Below are positions 58,122 through 64,000 of a stretch of DNA of 64,000 nt, one piece after another. Below the pieces are notes generated by a model. The model was not told the origin of the DNA, did no database searches, and worked only from the letters and a program-made list of their open reading frames with translations. Position 1 is the stretch's first letter; each line of letters begins with the position of its first letter. The stretch comes from Eledone cirrhosa (lineage: Eukaryota): contig OZ024742.1 of NCBI GenBank assembly GCA_964016885.1, forward strand, positions 220,596,001-220,660,000, read 5' to 3'. Both the position numbers and the translations under genes were made by a program.

Positions 58122-58480
58122 AACCTTGACATAAGCACTTGAAAAGAAACTAGATGGTGCATACACTAAAATGCTTAGGGTTGTACAAAATGTAAACTGG
58201 CATCAGCATATTACAAATGAAAGTTTAAATGGAAACTTGCCCAAGATAACAACTACAATTGCTGAAAGATAGTTATGATTGCAGGATATTGCTGGAGATG
58301 TAAGCAGGAAGTTATATACAAGCTACTATTGTGGGAACCAACACACAGGAGACATAGTCGAAGACCTGCTCAAACCTTCATCAATCAACTCTCAGACGAT
58401 ACAAACCTCAGTAGGGAGCAGTTACCAGGAGCAATGGAAAATCGTGAATTGTGGAGAGACTTTTTCAGGAATGTTTAACT
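58122..58480 (+). mobile_element. RTE LINE 3' fragment
   Basis: LDGAYTKMLRVVQNVNWHQHITN..LLLWEPTH..AMENRELWR. Confidence 0.8.
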
Positions 58481-58639
58481 GTGGTCACAATGATGATATA
58501 TTTTATTGTACCACTTATTCACAGAAGTGTAGAAATAGGCTCTAATCTCATTAATGTCTTTATTTACACAACATCAATGCTGCTGCTGATATAAAAGATT
58601 ACATAACTTTGGGGGTGAGGGGAGTTTACAGTATCATGT

Positions 58640-58870
58640 AAGTGTTTCTTTTGAATAATATTGCTGTGTCAATAATTATACATCTCTTATTCTTCTTGTC
58701 TTTGATAACAATGTCAAGCTTGTAGGCTTTTATCTCTCTCTCTCTGTAGATGGGCATGTCTCAGAGAATGCTGTAGTCAGTGACTATGTTCGGTTGATGA
58801 TCCTACTCCTCAGTCATCTTGATTTTATATCTCCTGAATATTTTCCAGTGTGGGGATACTGTTTACTTAT
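58640..58870 (-). mobile_element. R4/Dong RLE-domain fragment
   Basis: HQPNIVTDYSIL.DMPI..IKAYKLDIVIKDKKNKRCIIID. Confidence 0.65.
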
Positions 58871-58902
58871 TATGCCTATAAATGTATTCATTATTTGTCA
58901 AG

Positions 58903-59315
58903 TGGTGGATTGGCAGTATCGGTAGAGGGTCGGACGCCATGCTTTCCAGCATAGTTACGTCCCTTTACGATCTGAGTTCAAATCCCGCTGAGGTTGACTT
59001 TGCCTTTCATCCTTACGGGGTCGATAAAATAAAGTACCAGTAATGCACTGGGTAATTGCTGGCCTTGTGCCTAAAGTAGAAACAATTATTTGTCAAGTGG
59101 TGGATTGGTAGTATTGTTATAGCATTGGACAAAATGTTTTACGGTAATATAGTTACGGCCTTTTATGTTCTGAGTTCATATCCCACCAAGGTTAACTTTG
59201 TCTTTCATCCTTTCAGGGTCGATAAAATAAAGTACCAGTAATGACTGGGGTTTATTTAATCAACTTTGTCCTCCCTTAAAATTGTTGGCCTTGTGCCTAA
59301 ATCAGAAACAATTAT
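58903..59315 (+). mobile_element. Young short family A SINE directly upstream of an older long variant
   Basis: Both preceded by attatttgtcaa; the second copy carries an extra ~25-nt segment. Confidence 0.85.
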
Positions 59316-60874
59316 TTGCCAATTCTTAGTAGCAAGAGACATTGTGATCAAAATTCTTTCCACACATCCTGCATTGTGGGTCCATTCCATCGTTCATGAT
59401 GTGATCTGGTTGTAAGGGGTGGTAAGAAACTCTCAGGAGAGCTGGACAACAGGTCTTCAGAGAAGAACCGCCCCTGTCCCCCTCCTCAATCAAATGTTTT
59501 GGCCCAGCAGTTCTTATGTAGCAATTATCAGGCCCTTCAACTCTGCTTTCAGTCCAGTACTCCCTAGTTACTATGTCTGCCTCTGGGAGTAATTTCTATG
59601 CATTACCTTGTTATCCAAGATTTTCTGAAGCTGCAGTTAGCCATAATATGTTACGTTCTGCTTATAATCATTACAACAAAACAATAACACCATAACAATA
59701 CCCCCAATGAGTGAGCATATCTATGTGGTCACTTAACCTGTTAAAAGTAGCAACCAAATCTTACTCAAATCACACCTTACTGACTTAAGAAAAATGTTAC
59801 ATCAGATAACATGTCTGAAATGAAAGATAGGTCTCAACACATTATATAAAGTATTCTTAGATACACCACCACTACTACCATCATCATCATCACCAGTAGT
59901 AAATATCTATCTCCCTTGGTACCAGGACCACTGAGCTTTCAAATGAGCCAAGGGTTACACCTCTCTTCTATAAATGTCCACACTCTGTAGAGTGTACAGA
60001 GTGCATTTTATTGTGGCACCAGTACTAGAGAGGTTGCCATGTCTGAAGATTCCTCTCAACCCTTTCCTTGGCAAATTTACTATGGCTAGATGCCCTTCCT
60101 ATTACCAATCTCTTTACAGAGTGTACTGGGGCCATTTTACCATATCACAAACACTAGGGAGGTTGTCTCATCTCTTTTTTTTTGGCATGGTTTCTACAGC
60201 TAAATGGCTCTTGCTATCACCAACCACATTATAGGGTGTAGTGGGTGCAAACTTGAGAGTTTGCTGTTTTATCACCAAAGGGTCCACTCAATTCTTTTGG
60301 CATAGTTTATACAGCTAAATGCCCTTCCTAACACCAACCACTTTAGAGAGTATACTGGATGCATTTTATCATGGCACTAACACTAAGAAAGTTGTCGGTC
60401 ATTGATTTGATTGAACAGCTCTCTTTCTTCTAGTGTGAGGGGGAATAGAATAGGGAGTGGGGAATTTACAGTATGGTCAAACAATTAAGAAGCTTGCTTC
60501 ACAATCATTAGGTCCCAGTTTTGATTCCACTGTGTGGCATTTTGGACAAGTGTTATTTACCACAGCCTTCAGTTGACCCATGCCTTGTGAGTGAAATTGG
60601 GTTGACAGATTTTTGAATTTTTGGAATCGTATCAGTTGGAATGTACCTGTAATTCAAAGGGCCAGCCTTCTTACTATGTTACACTAAATCTCCCAGAGAA
60701 TTACATTAATAGTACATGTGTCTGTGGAATACTCAGCCATTTATATGTTCATTTCATAAGCAGGTTGTCCCATTGACCAAACAACTGGAACACTCATTTT
60801 TGAAACTGACAAAGGCCCATTACATATAAAAATCTTCTAACTTTTGACTTCTCTCTTCCCTTTTGTATATTCAG

Positions 60875-60892
60875 ATAGCTACAAAATTTTCT
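60875..60892 (+). other. Candidate 18-nt microexon
   Basis: Branch-like ttctaac, long pyrimidine tract, ttcag|ATAGCTACAAAATTTTCT|gtgagt. Confidence 0.55.
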
Positions 60893-63729
60893 GTGAGTGT
60901 GTGTGTGTGTGTTTGTCTGTGTATATTCACATACACTCAAATATTATAATACAATTTCTAACTATTCCATTGTTAAATCATTGTATAATATCTTTTCTAA
61001 AATAAAGTCTAAAGTCTCTCTCAAACCCAGAGGCTCATGAGGCTGGTGCTTTTCCCAGTTTCCATGGCATTAAGCCACTGAGATTACAAGACTTCTGCCT
61101 GGACAGAACGCCAGTCTATTGCAGTGTTAAACCCCCAATTATTGCTGGTACTCATTTTCAGCTGAGTATTTTGGAGCAACGGGAAATGAAGTGTTTTGCT
61201 CAAGAACACAACACACAACATGGTCTAGGAATCAAACCCACAATATTATGATCATAAGTCCAACACCTTTACCACTTGGCTACACACCTCCACTATAATA
61301 TCTTTTAATTCATTCATATCATTTGATAGGTACTACTTGTAAATGTTGACACAATCTCTTCATGTCAACTGATACACTGTTTCATGGTGTTGACAATAAT
61401 TCTAACTAAATACATCTAACAAATGGATTGTCATTTTATTTTTATTATCTTTATTATCTTTATGTGTGTGTGGTGTGTGATGTAGGGGTGGGGTAGCATC
61501 TAAATATTTATTTGTTAATATATAAGTAGTTTTGCTTGTGTATAAATATATAAGAAGTAGAGTTGTGAGTGAGTCTGTGATATTTAAAAATATGTAAATG
61601 TATGTATATATGAATGTGTGTGTAAGTAAATTCTTGTATGAAAGTGTGTTAGTGAGTCACTGTATGATTGTCTCTGGATATGCCTGAGTGTGCAGACTTG
61701 TGCATAAAAATGTGTGTGTTTATGTAAGTGTGTTTGAGAGTATACCTGCATCTGGATATATATGTATGCAATTAAGAATGCATGTCTGTGTATTTAAATG
61801 CATGAAAGTGTATGCATGTGTGTGTGAATGTGTATATGTGTGTGTGTTTGTGTTTAGTGTAGGGTACATGTGATGTGTCTATTGTAACAGAAGCTTCATG
61901 TATCCAATATTGTGTCGATGTGTAAAGGTGTTGTGTAGTAAGTGTGTGTATGGGAGATAAATGTGTAAGTAGATTAGTGTCTAGGAGAGAAGGACATTAC
62001 ATATACCTCCCGCCCTTCCTCCTTCATTCACCCCAATGTTAAGTCTGTTCTAAGCTGAAGGCTCATCAGGCCAGTGTTTATCCCTAGTTTTCTTGGTATT
62101 AAGCACTCCCTGGATAGGACACCAGTCTATCATAGGTTTAACTTTCTAGCTACTGCTGGTACTCACTGTCAGCTGAGTACACTGGAGCAACATGAAATAA
62201 AGTGTTTTGCACCCCAATGTCGCAATGTGCCAATTATGTATCTTCTACAAGGTGATTTGACTTGCTAGAAAGAACAGAATAATCTCACTCATATTATGCT
62301 CTACCATATTAAAAAGATATGAACATACATTGGATAATGTGGTATTGGGCTTCTACATATGATTTGGTGAACAAGAACAACAAAGACGATAATGTAAACA
62401 ACCACAACAGCGTCATTCATCCTGCAGTGTTTCTGTGTTTGCCAGCACATGAAAATATATCTTCTTCACCCACTTATTCCCGAGAGGGTCATGGGAGCAA
62501 AGTCCTCAAACACTTCTTTCAACGGGGCCTGTCAGAATCAACTGTCTCCAATTGATCCAGCAGTATCCCTAAGCAAGACCAGCTGAGCTCAAATGTTATT
62601 CAGTTATCTTACACATGGTCTACATCTGGGTTTACTGCAAGTTAGTTTTGCTTGTAAAATCTGTCCAGTGATTCTTTCCTCAGACATTCTAACCACATGC
62701 CCATAGTATCAATTACTTCAGAGCAAGCATCTGTAGTTTACCAAGGACAATGTAAACCCACACCTATTTTGATGTACTTTAACAACAACGAGAAACTGTT
62801 TCACAGAGCCAGGAGAAATAAGATCGTACTGTCAGTGCTACACTAGTCCAAAACAATCATCATATAGGGAAGATACAGAATTGATCATGTTTATGTTATC
62901 TGTAGAGAACTTACATAAGTTAACAAAACTCAAGTCTCCTATCTTGATTTAGGAGTTTCATAAATTTGATAGCCTATTTTACTCAAGGTCAGATGTGTTC
63001 AACAGTAGAAAATGATAGCAACCTATACATATTTAATCCCAACATAGAAATTAGTTGACAGAGATTAATAAATGTTGTTTACAGAGAAACATTAAATTAA
63101 TCAGTGTTGCAGCATTTATTTTAGCAGAAATATGGTTTCTGATTTAGACACAAGGTCAACAATTTTGGGGTAGGAGTAAGTTGATTAAATCAAACCCTGT
63201 GCATTACTGATACTTTATTTTATCGACCCCATAAAAACGAAAGACGAAGCTAACCTTGGTGGGATTTGAACTCAGAATGTAAAGGGACATAAATGTATAC
63301 TGCGAAGCATGGTGTCTGAAGCTCTATTGGTACTGCCATTCCAGTGTCATATTTTGATAGAAATACACCATCAGAATACAATTCCTGCTTAAATGCTTTC
63401 TATTTCTATTGGATGATACAAATATGAAACATGACAGTAAACTTTGTAAATCTGGATGGTAAGAAACTCTCAGGAGAGTTGGACAACAGAAGGTCTTCAG
63501 AGGAGAAACATTCCCTCAAGCAAGTATTTCAGCTCTAAACTAGGAACATGTAGTATAGCTCCATGCAAAATACATCGCTATGCAACAATTCATATGTAAA
63601 ATATTCAAGATTCTCATTAGTAAGCTGGGCAACAAACATTACCTGATATTTATTTATTTAATCAATTTAAACATCCATATAGTGTTAGCAAGCCATGACA
63701 GACTAAGGGAAGTATCTAGTACTTCTTAC

Positions 63730-64000
63730 TGTTGAGAAACAAAAAACAATATATACAGACAGATTCTATGAGACATTGATGCTCACTACCTCCCAAATAA
63801 CCGACAGTGACTACATAATTATTGCTGGCGACCTAAATGGTCACATTGGACAACATTGTGATGGCTATGACAGAATCCATGGAGGCTATGGGTTTGGTAC
63901 TAGAAATGAGGAAGGCTCCAGAATCCTGGAATTCTCTGACGCAAATAACCTAACTATATGTAACACTAACTTCAAAAAACGAGACAATCACTTGATCACC
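63730..64000 (+). mobile_element. RTE LINE APE endonuclease, open frame running off the window
   Basis: IIIAGDLNGHIG..IHGGYGFGTRNEEGSRILEF..NLTICNTNFKKRDNHLIT. Confidence 0.88.

Noticed and set aside
58903-58990. tRNA-like A/B boxes
   Set aside because: This is a SINE head, not a cloverleaf tRNA gene.
59418-59470. ~50-bp sequence repeated at 63457-63510
   Set aside because: Probably a fragment of an unclassified dispersed repeat; no structure or coding signal seen.

Overview
Repeat-rich, AT-rich animal DNA, most likely from an octopod cephalopod (inferred from the tRNA/Nin-type SINEs and huge (TA)n tracts). One protein-coding gene is recognisable: five in-phase minus-strand exons (17268 to 8292) encoding the C-terminal ~171 aa of PRAS40/AKT1S1, including IAASM and FGDLPRPRLNT. 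Its 5' exons are not found and lie beyond or inside a ~9.3 kb (TA/CA) microsatellite containing a 200-N scaffold gap. The rest is mostly decayed mobile DNA: RTE LINEs (including Rex3/Expander-like), CR1, Tx1/L1, R4/Dong, CRE, a Penelope GIY-YIG fragment, mariner, hAT, Helitron and three SINE families, plus a ~5 kb 21-bp minisatellite. All giant Ile/Tyr and VMFSVYS ORFs are repeat artefacts. The most notable signal is at 40.2-48.1 kb: a cluster of fold-back elements, several next to (TA)n, carrying minimal hammerhead-ribozyme motifs. One has a compensatory U3-A8 core and is homologous to the 3' UTR of the Penelope fragment. There is also a candidate divergent promoter near 51.3-51.9 kb and an 18-nt plus-strand microexon at 60875. 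All assignments come from reading the sequence by eye; no searches were run.
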